From the NCBI RefSeq assembly GCF_009914755.1, contig NC_060925.1: 64,000 nt of DNA, one strand, 5' to 3'. Below, one piece after another: positions 61,481 to 64,000 of this stretch. The number at the start of each line of letters is the position of its first letter. The first letter of the stretch is position 1. The notes beneath the pieces are model-generated. The model was not told the DNA's origin. It saw nothing but the letters and a program-made list of their open reading frames with translations, and searched no databases. A program made the position numbers and the translations under genes. The DNA comes from the human T2T-CHM13v2.0 reference genome, Homo sapiens.

Positions 61481-62944
61481 ATTTGAGGACTAACTATTAC
61501 AGAAATGTTTACTCTTCTGAGTCCTGATTTCTAGTCTCCTGGACTAAATAGGTTCACTGTTTTCCTCCCGGTTCAGTTTCCAGACACATCACAGAATTAT
61601 AAGAATATTAAAAACTCAGGCTTATACCTACACAGGATTTTCTATAACCCTCTTTCTGCTTTGAGCTCCTAAAGGTATTTCATAGAAAAATGACCTTATT
61701 TTTAAATAGAGGGGGCAGTTGAAAATCAGTGAACGGGCCTACCCCCTAATGATTTTTTTCTCAGACCTAATTATAATAATTAGCATTATAAAGTGCTAAT
61801 TATCTTTGGACACAGAGGACCTGCACACCAGAGACAGAGGTCCGCATTAAGTAAAGTGGATTTCACTTTCTTCAGTTGTGAGATTTCTCTTTTTTCTTCT
61901 TTGTAATGATGCAAAGATATATCTTCCACCAAGCCTCATTTAAAAGCTTTTTCCAGTTAAGGAAACTATCTCTTGGCCATCCACAGCCAGACTGCATATT
62001 GAGATTATGGATATTCAAAGAAATTGTCTTTCCTTTGTATATTGTCATAACTTTTTGTGAAATGTTTGTTTTATAGTTCCAGGCCAGCACCTAGAACCTG
62101 GCTAGAATAAAAAACTGCAGAAATCATGAGTTTCTTGTTTGGATGAAAGAGCACACCTATTAACAAATGATAGACGGCTATCCTACTGTGAGTCCTGAAA
62201 ACTGGTGATGTGATTGTTGAATGGGTTAGGGGTATAGCAGAGAAACTCAGTGTGGGCTACATACAATTTCAGCTTGAATCACACTTAACAGATCCTCTGT
62301 TCCAACCATTTAAATTTACAAAGAAGAAACTAAGGCACAGAACTACTTGAGAAGAGAAGCAGAATTGAAAACTAGAGCTCCTGATTGTTCTCAAAATAAT
62401 TTTTATCATACTGCATCGGGTTCTAAGTGAGAGGGCTTCTTATTTAGTAATGCCAAGGTCATGTGTTAACATGTAAAAAAAATTAGACGAGGAATGGGGC
62501 ATTGGTGTAAGATTATACAGAGTGTAAAGTTGGGCTTTCTCTTATCATCTGTTGTCAACAACAGGATGATTGTTACTGTTACCCACTCCTTACCATCATT
62601 CACACAGAGACATTGGATATTGAGGAGAGACTTTAAAACAGAATATTAGTAATGCAGAGCTATAAAGAGCCACGATCATATTAATACAATCCTCCATACA
62701 CATAGTGACCTGTCTGCAGCTCCAGCCTAGAGAAACCCAGTTATTCACTTGTAGTGGGCAGCCCCATTATCAGAAAGCGCTATTCAATTGGAAATGCTCA
62801 TCCGTGTTAGGTCAAAAACGACTTCCTCTAAATATCCATTCTGTGTATTGAAGTATAAATGAGTCCCACTTAAGAAAAAACAAAACAAACCAACTTCCAA
62901 TGATTTAAAAATACTAACGTGACCCTCTTACGTTTACCTAAAGC

Positions 62945-63124
62945 TAGTGTTTCTCAAACATCAGCTGTATCAGAATCCCTGAAGGACTTGTTAAAACAAA
63001 TTGCTGGTCTCTACTCTGAGCTTCTGATTCATTAAATGTGGGATGGTACCTGAGAATCTGCATTTCTAACACGTTCCCAGGTGACCCTGATGCTGTTGCT
63101 CTGAGAACCACTTTGAGATCCACA
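62945..63124. mobile_element. MER5A hAT-Charlie MITE
   Basis: agtgtttctcaaac...gagaatctgcatttctaacacgttcccaggtga...accactttgaga. Confidence 0.85.
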
Positions 63125-63480
63125 TCTCTAAGCTCATCAGTCTGTCCGTTACACCTTACAAGACATACTTTCCTAATCTGACACCCTTCTATTTGTCTTT
63201 TTTTGGAATGCTTTAGAAATTTAGCAGTTATCTTTTTTATGTATTTTACATTTGTTACAGCTTTCCTTGGTGGACAGATATGAGTTTTCTACTTGAAAAT
63301 AAACACGTTTTTCTTTAAAATATCATTAAATAAGAGTGTAATTAGTGATATAAAGCAAGATGACTAAAAAGAATCTCATTATTATGTTTGCACAGCCTGT
63401 ATACAAATTATTTGAACTAGAAAGGATTTGCTAAATAAATTATTTCTATTTCCCTCACTTAATAGTGAATATTATGGTGA

Positions 63481-63969
<489 letters not shown>

Positions 63970-64000
63970 TGATTGTGCACCTTTAGACAACTTATCAGTT

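Overview
This window is human or great-ape genomic DNA. It reads as a segmental-duplication mosaic of the chr1p36.13 type (FAM231 / tRNA cluster / MST1L); that placement is from recognition, not alignment. It has four blocks. (1) 1-~11 kb: repeat-rich, with an intact 169-codon FAM231-family ORF and three minus-strand tRNA loci (His-GTG pseudogene, a variant Gly-CCC, Val-CAC pseudogene). (2) ~11-55.18 kb: a gene-poor block full of old TEs, ending in a candidate enhancer/promoter and a captured coding exon at 52553-52619. (3) 55184-59844: an unprocessed duplicate of MST1 (macrophage-stimulating protein), cut just after its native ATG and just before its native polyA signal. (4) 59845-64000: an AT-rich, unrelated flank. 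The main result is a chimeric gene. A foreign exon with a strong Kozak ATG (MAPAPVTLLAPGAASSMSCSQPG) is phase-compatible with MST1 exon 2. The MST1 exons carry no in-frame stop, a -1/+1 compensating frameshift pair rewrites half of kringle 4, and a dead exon-11 acceptor (AG>CG) decides whether the product is a 408-aa PAN+kringle fragment or a ~716-aa protein. MST1L itself is a known gene; I see no evidence of a wholly new system. No prokaryotic-type features such as CRISPR arrays are present.
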